Source of the DNA: Thermodesulfovibrionales bacterium
Lineage (GTDB): Bacteria; Nitrospirota; Thermodesulfovibrionia; Thermodesulfovibrionales; SM23-35
Direction: 5' to 3'
Assembly: GCA_963715195.1 (NCBI GenBank)
Contig: CAVQRT010000031.1
Location: forward strand, 64,001 to 128,000
DNA length: 64,000 bases
In this document: positions 1 through 10,741 of the stretch, piece after piece
Layout of the letters: every line of letters begins with the position of its first letter
Position numbering within the stretch: the stretch's first letter is position 1
Translations under genes and position numbers: made by a program
The notes under the pieces: generated by a model
Databases searched by the model: none
What the model was told of the DNA's origin: nothing
Seen by the model: only the letters and a program-made list of their open reading frames with translations

Positions 1-118
1 TCTTGGAAAGGATCGTTGCACTAACGGTAACGACTCCGGTATCAGAGGCATCAGCGATTTGGGAAAAAGCAATGACCAGGAAAAATGCCATAAATGAGAT
101 GAGAAATTTATTATTCAT
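1..118 (-). CDS. Csu/spore-coat-U-type pilin-like exported protein, 5' part only (runs off window)
   Basis: Manual translation MNNKFLISFMAFFLVIAFSQIADASDTGVVTVSATILSK: signal peptide plus V-T-V-S-A-T segment resembling the upstream paralog. Confidence 0.6.
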   Translation of the reverse strand, partial: MNNKFLISFMAFFLVIAFSQIADASDTGVVTVSATILSK

Positions 119-141
119 ATTTAAGTCTCTTGCATTGGTTT

Positions 142-227
142 TCATTCCCGCTTGTCGGGAATCCTTCTGATTCCTTTCGTAATAACAGGAGTGCTTCGAA
201 GAAAGATTCCGGCCATACCGGAATGAC
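142..227. repeat. REP-like palindromic element
   Basis: TCATTCCCGCTTGTCGGGAATC ... GATTCCGGCCATACCGGAATGAC; related pieces at 2687-2800 and 30988-31034. Confidence 0.65.
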
Positions 228-294
228 ATCTCTAAAGATCTAAAACAGTTCCAAATATCTTCAAAGTTTAATTGCATTATTTGTTTTTTCCTTG

Positions 295-331
295 AAAAAT
301 AAGAGGGCGGGTTTTGACCGCCCACCCTCTC
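295..331 (-). terminator. Rho-independent terminator after pilin gene
   Basis: Minus strand GAGGGTGGGCGG-TCAAAA-CCCGCCCTC followed by TTATTTTT. Confidence 0.6.
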
Positions 332-364
332 GCTGCACGTTTATTAGATCAACAAAAATGCATC

Positions 365-838
365 TTATGGGGTAATTGTTAGAGCCACAGTGTCTAAATA
401 GCTGCCAGCTGAGACATTAATGTAATCAGCATTGAGAATGGTACCGGAAATAGTTGCCGTCAAAGGATTCCCTTTACCTGCTCCCGTTTGAGTGTGATTA
501 GTGAGATTAAAGCTGTAAGGTATAAAATCAACTCCATTAGTCATTCTTCTTGAACCTGAATAGTTAAGACCATTATCAGCTGATGTAGCAGCAACACTTC
601 CCTTAGTACACCAATATTGGTAATTTACCGTCGCATTAGCATCAGCAGTTGAACTTGGATCAAGTGAGCCAAAAGCAAGAGTCGCAATGTTCGTTCCGCC
701 AAGTCCTCCTCCTACGCCGAATTTGCATGTTCCTACAACACTTGCAGTTACATCAACAGTTGCTGTATCCCCTGCCAAAGCCATCCCACTGAACGCAAAC
801 ATCGCTATCGCAACGATCAGGGTAATTCTTTTAACCAT
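365..838 (-). CDS. Csu-type fimbrial subunit (spore coat U domain)
   Basis: Signal peptide, TATVDVTASVVGTC, LAFGSLDP, second Cys (YWCTKG), RRMTNG, C-terminal GSYLDTVALTITP; RBS GGAGG. Confidence 0.8.
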   Translation of the reverse strand: MVKRITLIVAIAMFAFSGMALAGDTATVDVTASVVGTCKFGVGGGLGGTNIATLAFGSLDPSSTADANATVNYQYWCTKGSVAATSADNGLNYSGSRRMTNGVDFIPYSFNLTNHTQTGAGKGNPLTATISGTILNADYINVSAGSYLDTVALTITP

Positions 839-975
839 GTTTCCTCCTTTTTTTGCTTTTCAGATTAACCCCGAAAGCATTCGGGGCTGCGGTAACATTA
901 TCTTTTGCTGCCTACCGTCTACTAACAACTACCTACTTAATTGCATCACCTCCTTGTTACATTTCAAACATTTTT

Positions 976-992
976 AGCAAATTTCAGGCCAA
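976..992 (-). promoter_or_regulatory. sigma54 (-24/-12) promoter of pilin gene
   Basis: Minus strand TTGGCCTGAAATTTGCT = GG-N10-GC with TTGC. Confidence 0.7.
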
Positions 993-1016
993 TTCACATC
1001 ACAGCTTATATATTTA

Positions 1017-1029
1017 CAACTGATTGATT
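1017..1029 (-). promoter_or_regulatory. IHF binding site
   Basis: AATCAATCAGTTG matches WATCAANNNNTTR, just upstream of the sigma54 promoter. Confidence 0.6.
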
Positions 1030-1106
1030 AAATGGAATATTTTTCTTCACGAGAAAAGTTATGAGCATATCTCTGTCATGAAAACCTGCCAAATTTTGCC
1101 ATCCTA

Positions 1107-1607
1107 TCATTTCTTGTCTCTCGCTTTTTTCAACAATTCAACCATAGCACTCTCTCTCTGAACTAAAGCATATCGCAGGGCTGTCCATCCGTCTTTATCC
1201 CGTACATTTATGTCAGCCCTGTTTTTTATCAACAGCTCTGCGATTTGAAGATTTCCTTTATATGCGACATACATCAGCGCAGTATAACCGTCAATATTCT
1301 TTGCATCGACGTCAGCTCCATTCTGTATGAGCAACTGAGCCATCTCAAGATCGCCCTTTTCCGAAACTATCATGAGTGCAGTGCTTCCATCTTTATCCCT
1401 TGAATTGATATCCATACCCGCTTTGATAAATAATTCCATATGCTCTTTATTGCCTGACCTGACTTCGTTAAGAAATGCCTCCTGTGTAAATGACATCCCT
1501 TTCTTTTCGATCTTCTTTCTGTAGTCTTCCCCCCGAATGCACGAGAAAAGAATCATGCCGACAATGAGAATTATCGCTGCCTGAAAAGAAATTTTTTTTC
1601 TGCCCAC
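1107..1607 (-). CDS. Ankyrin-repeat protein, possible lipoprotein
   Basis: Repeated G-x-TALM / GADVD(IN) ankyrin motifs; N-terminal hydrophobic segment ending LFSC. Confidence 0.85.
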   Translation of the reverse strand: MGRKKISFQAAIILIVGMILFSCIRGEDYRKKIEKKGMSFTQEAFLNEVRSGNKEHMELFIKAGMDINSRDKDGSTALMIVSEKGDLEMAQLLIQNGADVDAKNIDGYTALMYVAYKGNLQIAELLIKNRADINVRDKDGWTALRYALVQRESAMVELLKKARDKK

Positions 1608-1711
1608 TCAACTCCCTGCCTTTCTCTCTTATTACACTCACGGAAATTATAAATTCTATTTGTAGTTTAGACAACACAAAAGGTAAACTCAAAATGGAAG
1701 GAGGATACCCG

Positions 1712-2617
1712 ATGGACAGGAGAAAATTCCTCAAATGTGTCGCGGTAACAGGGTGCGGATTGGCTTTGGGAGAGAACTTGTACTGCCTCCGCTTTTCAGA
1801 ATCAGCCGAAAAATACGATCTCATCGTAGCCCAGGGAAACGGAAAATCACCTGCATCAATTACAAAAGCCGCGATCGATGCATTTGGAGGCATCAGGAAA
1901 TTCATCTCCCGTGGCGACATCGTAATCATTAAACCCAATATCGGATGGGACAGGCTGCCTGAACAGGCGGCAAACACAAATCCTGAGGTTGTGGCTACCG
2001 TTGTGAAGCTCTGTTTCGAGGCAGGCGCCAAGAAGGTTAAGGTTTTCGACAGGACAGTCAATGATCCGAGAAGGTGTTATAAACAAAGCGGGATTGCCGG
2101 TGCCGTCAGTGCGCTCGGTGCAGATTTATCTTATATCGACGATCGGCGGTTCAGCGACATTTCAATTAAAGGGCAGGCCCTCAAATCATGGCCGCTTTAC
2201 CGGGACGTATTTGAAGCCGATAAAATCATCAACGTTCCGATAGCGAAACATCACGGCCTTGCGAAACTGACCATGGCGATGAAAAACTGGATGGGCATAA
2301 TGGGTGGTAAAAGGGGCAGGATACATCAGAAGATCGGTGAATCCCTCGCTGACATATGTCTTGTGGTAAAACCAACCCTCACCGTTTTGGATGCGGTTCG
2401 GATACTCACCGCGAATGGGCCCCAGGGAGGGAATCTGAACGATGTAAAAAGGATCGATACCATCGTGGTCGGCACAGACCAGGTTGCTGTCGATTCTTAC
2501 GGAGCAACATTGTTCGGAATGAAGGGTAGCGATCTTTCGTATGTGAGAGCCGGAGCGGCAATCGGTATCGGTATGATGGATCTGTCGAAATTGAAAATTA
2601 GGAATATCAGCGTTTAA
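1712..2617 (+). CDS. DUF362 family protein with Tat-like leader
   Basis: MDRRKFLK leader after GGAGG RBS; IKPNIGWDR, ANTNPEVV, INVPIAKHH, MKNWMG motifs. Confidence 0.8.
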   Translation: MDRRKFLKCVAVTGCGLALGENLYCLRFSESAEKYDLIVAQGNGKSPASITKAAIDAFGGIRKFISRGDIVIIKPNIGWDRLPEQAANTNPEVVATVVKLCFEAGAKKVKVFDRTVNDPRRCYKQSGIAGAVSALGADLSYIDDRRFSDISIKGQALKSWPLYRDVFEADKIINVPIAKHHGLAKLTMAMKNWMGIMGGKRGRIHQKIGESLADICLVVKPTLTVLDAVRILTANGPQGGNLNDVKRIDTIVVGTDQVAVDSYGATLFGMKGSDLSYVRAGAAIGIGMMDLSKLKIRNISV

Positions 2618-2621
2618 TACA

Positions 2622-2885
2622 AAGAGAGGGATATCGTATTTGCGCTCATTCTCGGTCAAGATCCCGAGAACCTATCTCAAAATTAAGTCATACCGGCGAT
2701 GCCGGATCCAGTGACTGTAGTATACTGAATTGGCTATTCATAGCTCTTCTTTTATATAATAATAAGGCAAATTCACTGGATTCGGGTCGAGCCGAATACA
2801 AGAAAACTCGCGCAGAAAGGTTCTAGTACATTCGGGATCTTGACTGCCGGCAAAAAAATCCGCCCAAATATGATATCCCTCTCTT
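2622..2885. repeat. Nested long inverted repeat (MITE/REP composite or structured RNA)
   Basis: Paired arms 2622-2642/2865-2885, 2654-2667/2832-2845, 2667-2673/2818-2824, 2706-2714/2773-2781. Confidence 0.7.
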
Positions 2886-2901
2886 CGAGACAACTGTATT
2901 T

Positions 2902-4444
2902 ATGAAAAAACTGAGAATAGTCTCTCAGGGCATTTTCCTGTTACTTTTCGTCTTCCTCTTTATCCAGACGGAATCAAAAGGGGATGACACGCTCGGCTAC
3001 CCCGTAAGGCTTTTCCTCGACTTTGACCCGCTTATTTTTCTCACCACATTTCTGGCAGCGCGGGCGAAGGAACTACCTGCCGCCTTCTTTCTCTCCCTGA
3101 TTGTAGTGCTTATGACCATGGTGCTCGGAAGGGTATTCTGCGGTTGGATATGCCCCCTGGGGACGCTGAATAATATCGTAGGATCTTTGAAAAAGCGCTC
3201 CATCAAACCGATATATTCCCTCTACAGAATCAAATACTACATCCTCATCATGCTCATCATTACATCGGTATTCACGCTCCAAATTGCCGGCATCATGGAC
3301 CCCTTATCCTTACTCATCAGGTCTTTTTCACTGAGCGTTTACCCTCTGATAAACTACGGCTTGCACAGTTTTTTTGACACAATTTACCATGCAAATATTT
3401 CTCTGATCGTTGACCTGTCTGAATCAGTCTACGCCTTTCTGAAAAAGTCTTTTCTCGCATTCCGTCAGCCTCACTATCTTCAGGCGGTATTTATCGGCTT
3501 GCTGTTCTTTTCGATATTAGCCCTGAATATCGTCGAGAAAAGATTCTGGTGCAAATATCTCTGCCCGCTGGGTGCCCTTCTCGGGCTCTTGTCCCGGTTC
3601 TCCCTCCTCAAGCGCGAAGTAAGTGAAGGGTGCACCTCATGCGGAATATGTAACGCCTCTTGCCAGGGAGGAGCACTTGCCGAGAACAAACAGGAATGGA
3701 GAAACACAGAATGTTTCGCCTGTTTCACCTGCGATGATGTCTGTCCGAACAATGCGGTACGCTTCGGCATCGGGGAAAAAGATGGTTCCGTCCATGGATC
3801 TCGGCAGGAGGCAATTGATCCTTTCGATGCTCTCGGGTTTCATCGCTGTGCCGCTGATACGGTCAACGCCTTTTGCCCGGACGCATTTTTCAAACCCTGA
3901 ATTGCTGAGACCGCCGGGTGCACTCGAAGAAAAGGAGTTTCTGAAACGATGTGTAAAATGCGGCGAATGCATGAAAGTCTGCACAACAAATGGCCTGCAG
4001 CCTGCCTTTCTCGAATCAGGATTTGAAGGCCTCTGGTCTCCGCGGCTTATCCCGAGAATTGGATACTGTGAATACCGATGCTCGCTCTGCGGGCAGGTCT
4101 GCCCGTCCGGCGCAATCCAAAAACTGCCCCTGGAGGAAAAAGTAAAAGTTAAGATCGGTCTTGCAATGATTGATACAGGCAGATGCCTGCCTCATGCACA
4201 CGGAATCCCCTGCATCGTATGTGAAGAAGTCTGCCCGACACCAAAAAAGGCGATATGGTTCGAGGAAAAGACGGTAAAAAACAGAGAAGGGCTGGATACT
4301 TTCGTAAAACAGCCGCATGTTGACCTTGATCTCTGCATTGGCTGCGGCATATGTGAAGCAAAGTGCCCCGTCGGGACAAAAGCAGCTATCTACGTGACCA
4401 GTATCGGGGAGTCCCGGTCACCATCAAATCAACTTCTCCTGTAG
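2902..4444 (+). CDS. Membrane polyferredoxin (NapH/MauN-like plus NapG/MauM-like 4Fe-4S protein); one frameshift near 3772-3775
   Basis: GRVFCGWICPLG, RFWCKYLCPLG and CxxCxxC motifs in ORF 2902-3900; LRPPGA and several CxxCxxC in ORF 3623-4444; frames join at a G-run. Confidence 0.8.
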
Positions 4445-4454
4445 TAAACAATCA

Positions 4455-5075
4455 CTATTCCTGAGATTGTTTGACGAATTTTTCCCTGAACCATCTCATA
4501 ATGTCATCATATGACGGAGGGGTTATGAGAAAAACTTCAATATCCTGTGGGAACTGGATTTTTGACCTGTCTTCATCTTTCATAAAAAGCAGGCCCGCCT
4601 CTGATTCAGTAAGATTGCTGTCTATTACGTTCGTGAAATGCTGAAGCCTTTTCTCTGAAAAATCCTTGTAGAAGTCAAGAATTTTGGAAAATACTTCTTT
4701 GGTAAAAACAACCCGCAGGCAGTTGCCCCAGTCTGTATAAGGTCCGAGTATGTCCTTGTTTTCGAGCGGGACGAGGGTGCTCCCTTCATCCAGCTTCTTT
4801 TTGATAATCTGGAGCATTCGCTCGTTGATCTTGCCGAGAAGATCGAGCGCCTCATCTCCCTGCTGATACACAATTTCGCAGAATATCTTCTGCGCCTTTC
4901 CGGCTGCCTCGATCTTTTCTATCTGGCGGTCAACCTCATCCCAGTATTTGGTGACAAGCTCCCGATAATCACTATCCGCTTCATCAAACGTGTAGATATT
5001 GGCAATACAGTAAAGTTTCCGTTTCCCGGAAAACTCTCCTGCGTGCGGCCTTTGAATCTGTCCTAATTCAACCAT
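4455..5075 (-). CDS. Hypothetical protein
   Basis: 206-aa ORF directly downstream of hisG; no motif recognised. Confidence 0.6.
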   Translation of the reverse strand: MVELGQIQRPHAGEFSGKRKLYCIANIYTFDEADSDYRELVTKYWDEVDRQIEKIEAAGKAQKIFCEIVYQQGDEALDLLGKINERMLQIIKKKLDEGSTLVPLENKDILGPYTDWGNCLRVVFTKEVFSKILDFYKDFSEKRLQHFTNVIDSNLTESEAGLLFMKDEDRSKIQFPQDIEVFLITPPSYDDIMRWFREKFVKQSQE

Positions 5076-5080
5076 GCCGG

Positions 5081-5956
5081 CTAAGGGATTACCTTATTCA
5101 GTTGATACTCGACAATTCCCTCTGCGCCTGCCATCTTCAGCTTCGGAATCAATTCACGCACCAGCTTTTCATTGATCATAACCTCAAGGGCAAACCAATT
5201 CTGATCCGACAGTGATGATAAGGTAGGAGAGTGCATGGCGGACAGCAGGCTCATTACCCTTTTCAGCGCCCGGACAGGGACATTCATCTTCAGTCCAACT
5301 TTTTCCTCCGCAGCAAGAGCGCCCCTGAGAAGCAGCACGATGTTTTCCATCTTCTGTTTTTTCCACCGGTCATTCCACGCCTTCCTGTTCGCAATAAACC
5401 GGGTACTGGACTCAAGAATCGTGTCGATAACCCTGAGGTTATTCGCCCTGAGAGAGGTCCCCGTTTCTGTAAGCTCAACAATGGCATCCGCAAGATGCGG
5501 CGGCTTCACCTCTGTAGCGCCCCAGGAAAAATCAATCCGAGCGGTCACGTTCTTTGATTTCAAATATCGTTTGGTAAATCCGACGAGTTCTGTTGCAATG
5601 CGTTTCCCGTTCAGATCCCTGACCGTTTTAATCTTCGAATCGTTCGGGACCGCGATGACCCACTTGACGGGCCTGAGTCCCTCTTTTGCATAAATAAGCT
5701 CGGCAACTTCATGCACTGATGCATTCTGCTCAAGGATCCAGTCTTTCCCGGTGAGACCGCAATCAAGAATGCCGGATTCGACGTATCCTGCCATTTCCTG
5801 GGCCCTGATCAGCATAGCCTCTATCTCAGGGTCGTCAAAAGAGGGATAATAAGAACGGCTTGATACCGAAATATGATATCCTGCCTTTCTGAACAATTTC
5901 AGCGTCGACTCCTGAAGACTTCCCTTGGGAAGCCCCAGTTTTAATATCTTGCTCAT
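5081..5956 (-). CDS. hisG: ATP phosphoribosyltransferase, long form
   Basis: [33 protein letters not shown]-terminal SPTLSSL/GAEGIVE domain. Confidence 0.95.
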   Translation of the reverse strand: MSKILKLGLPKGSLQESTLKLFRKAGYHISVSSRSYYPSFDDPEIEAMLIRAQEMAGYVESGILDCGLTGKDWILEQNASVHEVAELIYAKEGLRPVKWVIAVPNDSKIKTVRDLNGKRIATELVGFTKRYLKSKNVTARIDFSWGATEVKPPHLADAIVELTETGTSLRANNLRVIDTILESSTRFIANRKAWNDRWKKQKMENIVLLLRGALAAEEKVGLKMNVPVRALKRVMSLLSAMHSPTLSSLSDQNWFALEVMINEKLVRELIPKLKMAGAEGIVEYQLNKVIP

Positions 5957-6061
5957 GATTGAACCTTCCTTATAATAACGTTCTGTGTGCTATAATGGAG
6001 TTATACTTTATCATATCAATACTCCTGTGACAACCTGATCGTACGCAATTACAAATCCCCT

Positions 6062-9000
6062 GTGACGTTCTCAATGGATTTTACACCTTTACACAATATT
6101 ATTGAGTCCGGCTTCAAAGAAGGGCGTGTCTATAACCTAACCGGTTCTGCATCCGCCCTTCTCTTCGCACTGTGTGATGAACCATTTTTTGTCGTTGAAT
6201 TCACAGACGAGCTTGCACAGCAGCTCTGCAAAGACATCAATTTCTTCAGGGAAGCACTGAAAAAAGATCCGGTTCGTTTTCTTCCCGAGCCCGACGGGCC
6301 TGCCCGCGCCGGAAAGAGGGCAGAAATAATTGCCTCTTTTACCCCGCAGGTCTCTCTGGTCAGCTCATTCAGAAATCTTGGGCAATGCATCTGGTCGCAT
6401 GCCGATATACAGAGGGTCTCAGTAGAACTGGTTAGAGGGCATGAGACCAGCAGGTCTGCCAATGATAGAAGACTCCAGGATATGGGTTACCGGCATGTTC
6501 CACTTGTAACAGAACAAGGAGAGTTCAGCAGGCGCGGATGGCTGCTGGATATCTTCCCTTCAACGTCGGATGTGCCGCTTCGACTCGAATTTTTCGGAGA
6601 TGAAATAGAGAGCATAAAAACCTTTGCCGTCGACACCCAGCGATCGGCATCGGATATTTCCACTTTCACCCTTTTTCCTGCGGAGGAACCATCCTCAGGC
6701 ATCAGCCTGCTCGAATTCACAAAAGGGATACAGTACTTTTTCTCTGATTCAATCCAGGAGCGTGACGGCCTGCCCCAGGGAATAACATTTTTCTCTCGTT
6801 ACTCGATAAAGGGACCCGGATATGAAGCGGAAACTCTCCCGCTTAAGGGTCTGGGCATCCTTCCTGAAGAGAGGAGGAACATCTATGATCTCGCGCACAG
6901 CATCAAACTTCTTCAGAATGAAAACAGGATCATCTTTGTCACTTCATCGCAAAGCCAGGCAGAAAGGCTGAAAGATATACTTCGGGAAGGCGATATTATC
7001 GCACCAATTGTGGAACAAACTGATATGTTGACCTATAAAGGACACGTTGCGATAACGACCGGGGCCCTTTCAGAAGGCCTGCACCTCCCGGGATTCTTCA
7101 TGCTGACCGAACGGGAACTGTTCGGCAGCAGGCCGGAATACAGGCCGATTAAAAAATCAAGGGTGTCGCAACTCCTCACCTCTCTTGATGATCTTATGCC
7201 GCAGGATTTTGTCGTTCACAAGGATCACGGGATTGGAAAATTCACAGGCCTCATCAACCAGAATATTGAAGGTGTGCAGGAAGACCTCATGGTCATCGAG
7301 TATGACGGCGGCAGGTTATACCTGCCGCTCCAGGGTATCACGAGGATCACGAAATATCATAGTGAGGAAGGTTTTTCACCAAAGCTTGACAGACTCGGCG
7401 GAAAAACCTGGCAGAAGACAAAGGAGAAAGCACAGAGGAAAATCAGGGAGCTGGCGGAAAAACTCATTGCGCTCCATGCCCGGAGAGAGATTCACAAGGG
7501 GTTCTCATTCAGCCCCGATACCGAACTTCACAGGGAATTCGAAAGTTTTTTTCCTTATGAAGAGACTCCCGACCAGATAAAAGCTACAGAGGAAATCAAG
7601 AGAGACATGGAGTCTGGAAAGCCGATGGACCGTCTCCTCTGTGGCGATGTCGGGTACGGAAAAACAGAGGTCGCGATGAAAGCGGCTTTTAAGGCAGTCT
7701 ACGACGGGATGCAGGTCGCTGTGCTTGTGCCTACTACAATCCTCTGTGAACAGCATTGCCGGAATTTTCTTTCACGGTTCTCGGCCTTTCCCGTTCGTGT
7801 CGACTATCTCAGCAGGTTCAAATCAAGAAAACAGCAGGCAGAAACCCTGAAAGCACTTGCACAGGGTGATATTGACATCATCATCGGCACCCATAGCCTC
7901 CTCGGAAAGGGAACGGCATTTCATAAGCTCGGGCTCCTCATTATCGATGAAGAGCACAGATTCGGCGTCAGACAGAAGGAAAAGATCAAAGAGCTCAGAA
8001 CAGGCGTTGATGTTTTGACCCTCACGGCAACCCCGATACCAAGAACGCTCTCTATGGCTTTGTCGGATATACGGGATATGAGTGTCATTGAAACACCTCC
8101 CGAGGAAAGGTTTGCTGTCAAAAGCACCGTATGCCGGTTCGACAGGGACTTGATCAGGGAGGCAATCGAGAGAGAGCTGGAGCGGAACGGCCAGGTCTTT
8201 TTCGTACATAACAGAATCAAGGATATTCATAAGATTGCAGGGTTTCTTCAGGGGCTTGTTCCTTCATCGCGAATTACGGTTGCACACGGGCAGATGGATG
8301 AAAAGCAGCTCGAAAAGGTCATGCTCGATTTTTACCGGCACAATACGGATGTCCTTGTATCAACCGCAATCATCGGTGCCGGTCTTGATATACCGACTGC
8401 AAACACCATCATGATCAATCGTGCCGACTTGATGGGGCTTGCCGATCTCTATCAACTGAAAGGCCGTGTAGGACGATCCAGCATCAGGGCTTTTGCGTAC
8501 TTTCTCATCCCCGGAGAAGATGCCATTACTGAGGAGGCCAGGATGAGGTTGCAGGCAATCCAGGAAATGAGCTATCTCGGAGCAGGCTTCAGGCTTGCGC
8601 TCAAGGACCTTGAGATCAGGGGCGCCGGCAATCTCCTGGGAGCCGAGCAATCCGGTCATGTCCATGACGTCGGGTTCGACCTCTATATGGAAATGCTGGA
8701 AAAGGCTGTTGCAGAATTCAGGGGGCTGAAAATTGAAGATGAATTTGAACCCTCCATTCAGTTAAAAATCAATGCCTTCATTCCTGAAGAATACGTCGAT
8801 GATATGACATTACGCTTAAGCCTCTACCGGAAAATCGCATCCGCAAAAAGGCATGAGGCAGTGGAGGAAATCGAGTCTGAAATGAGAGACCGTTTTGGCA
8901 AGATTCCCGCACAGGTTACAAACCTCACAGATATTATGAGACTGAAAATTCTTGCACGCGAACTCCTGATAACAAAAATCCAGGACAGAAACAGATGGAT

Positions 9001-9199
9001 TCGGATCGAATTTTCTCCGGAAACCGGTCTTGAAGCGCATGACATCCTGTTGCTCGGCAAGGAAATGGATCGGAAAATACGCTTTCTCCCTGAGGGATTT
9101 GAGATGAACATTGGGGGAATCGGGTGGCCGGCGGTTTACAGGGCAATAACCGAAGCTCTCCAAAGATTAAAAAAATCCTCCGCTTTACTTGTTCCATGA
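6062..9199 (+). CDS. mfd: Transcription-repair coupling factor
   Basis: VVHKDHGIG, MDRLLCGDVGYGKT, IIDEEHRFGV, TATPIPRTL, QLKGRVGR, DLEIRGAGNLLG. Confidence 0.97.
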   Translation: MTFSMDFTPLHNIIESGFKEGRVYNLTGSASALLFALCDEPFFVVEFTDELAQQLCKDINFFREALKKDPVRFLPEPDGPARAGKRAEIIASFTPQVSLVSSFRNLGQCIWSHADIQRVSVELVRGHETSRSANDRRLQDMGYRHVPLVTEQGEFSRRGWLLDIFPSTSDVPLRLEFFGDEIESIKTFAVDTQRSASDISTFTLFPAEEPSSGISLLEFTKGIQYFFSDSIQERDGLPQGITFFSRYSIKGPGYEAETLPLKGLGILPEERRNIYDLAHSIKLLQNENRIIFVTSSQSQAERLKDILREGDIIAPIVEQTDMLTYKGHVAITTGALSEGLHLPGFFMLTERELFGSRPEYRPIKKSRVSQLLTSLDDLMPQDFVVHKDHGIGKFTGLINQNIEGVQEDLMVIEYDGGRLYLPLQGITRITKYHSEEGFSPKLDRLGGKTWQKTKEKAQRKIRELAEKLIALHARREIHKGFSFSPDTELHREFESFFPYEETPDQIKATEEIKRDMESGKPMDRLLCGDVGYGKTEVAMKAAFKAVYDGMQVAVLVPTTILCEQHCRNFLSRFSAFPVRVDYLSRFKSRKQQAETLKALAQGDIDIIIGTHSLLGKGTAFHKLGLLIIDEEHRFGVRQKEKIKELRTGVDVLTLTATPIPRTLSMALSDIRDMSVIETPPEERFAVKSTVCRFDRDLIREAIERELERNGQVFFVHNRIKDIHKIAGFLQGLVPSSRITVAHGQMDEKQLEKVMLDFYRHNTDVLVSTAIIGAGLDIPTANTIMINRADLMGLADLYQLKGRVGRSSIRAFAYFLIPGEDAITEEARMRLQAIQEMSYLGAGFRLALKDLEIRGAGNLLGAEQSGHVHDVGFDLYMEMLEKAVAEFRGLKIEDEFEPSIQLKINAFIPEEYVDDMTLRLSLYRKIASAKRHEAVEEIESEMRDRFGKIPAQVTNLTDIMRLKILARELLITKIQDRNRWIRIEFSPETGLEAHDILLLGKEMDRKIRFLPEGFEMNIGGIGWPAVYRAITEALQRLKKSSALLVP

Positions 9200-9247
9200 T
9201 TTCTGATACCTTTAAAAGATTATGATAAATATTCAGGAGAACACAGG

Positions 9248-9955
9248 ATGCTGAGATTATTCGCCTTCTTTATTGCTGTTACCATTGCGGGTTCGTGTTC
9301 CGGGATATCAGAAAAAAATATCAAGAATGCACAGTATCATTACCAGCTTGGCATTTCGTATCTGAACGACAACAATATTCAACCCGCTTTTACAGAACTG
9401 CACATGGCCATGGAACTCAATCCTCATGATAAAGAGACGCACAATGCCCTCGGCGTCATCTATCTTACAAAGCTCGAGGATTATGGCAAAGCAATAGAAC
9501 AATTTCAGAAAGCCCTCGAGATTGACGAAGACTATTCTGAAGCCGCAACGAACCTGGGGAATACTTATGCGAATATGAAGCAATATGACAAAGCTATCGA
9601 ATCATACAAGAAAGCAGTATCCAATCCCCAGTACAAAAATGCAGCAATGGCACTGAATAATCTCGGTATGGTATATTATAGACTTTTAAAATTTGATGAG
9701 GCCCTCTCCGCATTTAAAGAGGCTTTAAAGAGATATTCGGATTTTCAAGCCCCGTATTACGGGCTTGCCCTCAGCTACAACGCCAAGGGACACTATGGCG
9801 ATGCTGCCGTTGCCATAAAGCGGGCCATTGAACTCGATCCGCTGTATAAAGGGAACTTTGACCAGGCAATAGCTGATCTCCGGAACCAGAAATTACGGGC
9901 AAGAGACGAGCAGGAGCAGGATATCGCTGATTACCTTGAAATCATCCAGTATTAG
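9248..9955 (+). CDS. TPR-repeat lipoprotein (PilF/PilW-like)
   Basis: Lipobox-like AGSC; TPR motifs (NALGVIY, NLGNTY, NNLGMVY). Confidence 0.8.
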   Translation: MLRLFAFFIAVTIAGSCSGISEKNIKNAQYHYQLGISYLNDNNIQPAFTELHMAMELNPHDKETHNALGVIYLTKLEDYGKAIEQFQKALEIDEDYSEAATNLGNTYANMKQYDKAIESYKKAVSNPQYKNAAMALNNLGMVYYRLLKFDEALSAFKEALKRYSDFQAPYYGLALSYNAKGHYGDAAVAIKRAIELDPLYKGNFDQAIADLRNQKLRARDEQEQDIADYLEIIQY

Positions 9956-9966
9956 CTGTCATCATT

Positions 9967-10046
<80 letters not shown>

Positions 10047-10379
10047 TAAAATCCCTATTTTTCAATAAGTTACAATCATAAAAACGTCAAAAATACTGTG
10101 TCTGAACTGTGTCTAGAAATTCAAAAGGAAATACTCCCCACCTGCATAAAACCTTTAATTCTTTTTCGATTGCTTATGCCGTTTTCGCTATGTTTTTTTC
10201 CGCGTTACTTTTGTTGACTCCCCAAAAAGTCTTTACTACAACAAATCTTTACCTTTCCTTACTGCTTACTGAATGAGGCATTAAAAAGACGTATTCAGGC
10301 AGTGGAGCAGATTTTATAAGAACACATATGAATGATTTCGCAGAAGTATTAATGGAGATACTTTATACTAAGGTTTGAA

Positions 10380-10595
10380 GTGTTAAAAAATGTGAAAATG
10401 AACGGTTACCAAAAAATTGTCTTAATCTTTGGAATATTGATTCTGTTCATAAGCCTTATTCCATCTGATGACATAAGTCACGCTGCTTTCTCGATGGAAA
10501 CACTCCTCAAAGGGTTGGGAATTGCAGCGGTAATGGGTCTGTTTCTTTATGCATTTAAAGATCTGGGAAAAGGAAAAGTTAAGAAGAAGAAATAG
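10380..10595 (+). CDS. Small hypothetical membrane protein
   Basis: Two hydrophobic segments and a basic tail. Confidence 0.45.
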   Translation: MLKNVKMNGYQKIVLIFGILILFISLIPSDDISHAAFSMETLLKGLGIAAVMGLFLYAFKDLGKGKVKKKK

Positions 10596-10741
10596 AACAA
10601 ACCAACATTACCCAAAACTCAGAGTATAAAGAAATGATTCACCCAGTTCCTGAAAAGTGCTCACCGAAGCAAATCTTCTTAAATCAACCCGTCCCTGTGT
10701 ATTCCTCTGCATAACAGACAAGCGCGAACTAACAACGGGTC

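Noticed and set aside
839..965. c-di-GMP riboswitch in the pilin leader
   Set aside because: Only a short CCCCGAA/TTCGGGG hairpin; no GEMM core recognisable
3898..3900. Sec readthrough at the TGA ending ORF 2902-3900
   Set aside because: The conserved continuation is in another frame from ~3775, so this is a frameshift
10705..10741. Integron attC site as intron target
   Set aside because: TAAC motifs are present but there is no paired R''/R' box structure, cassette array or integrase
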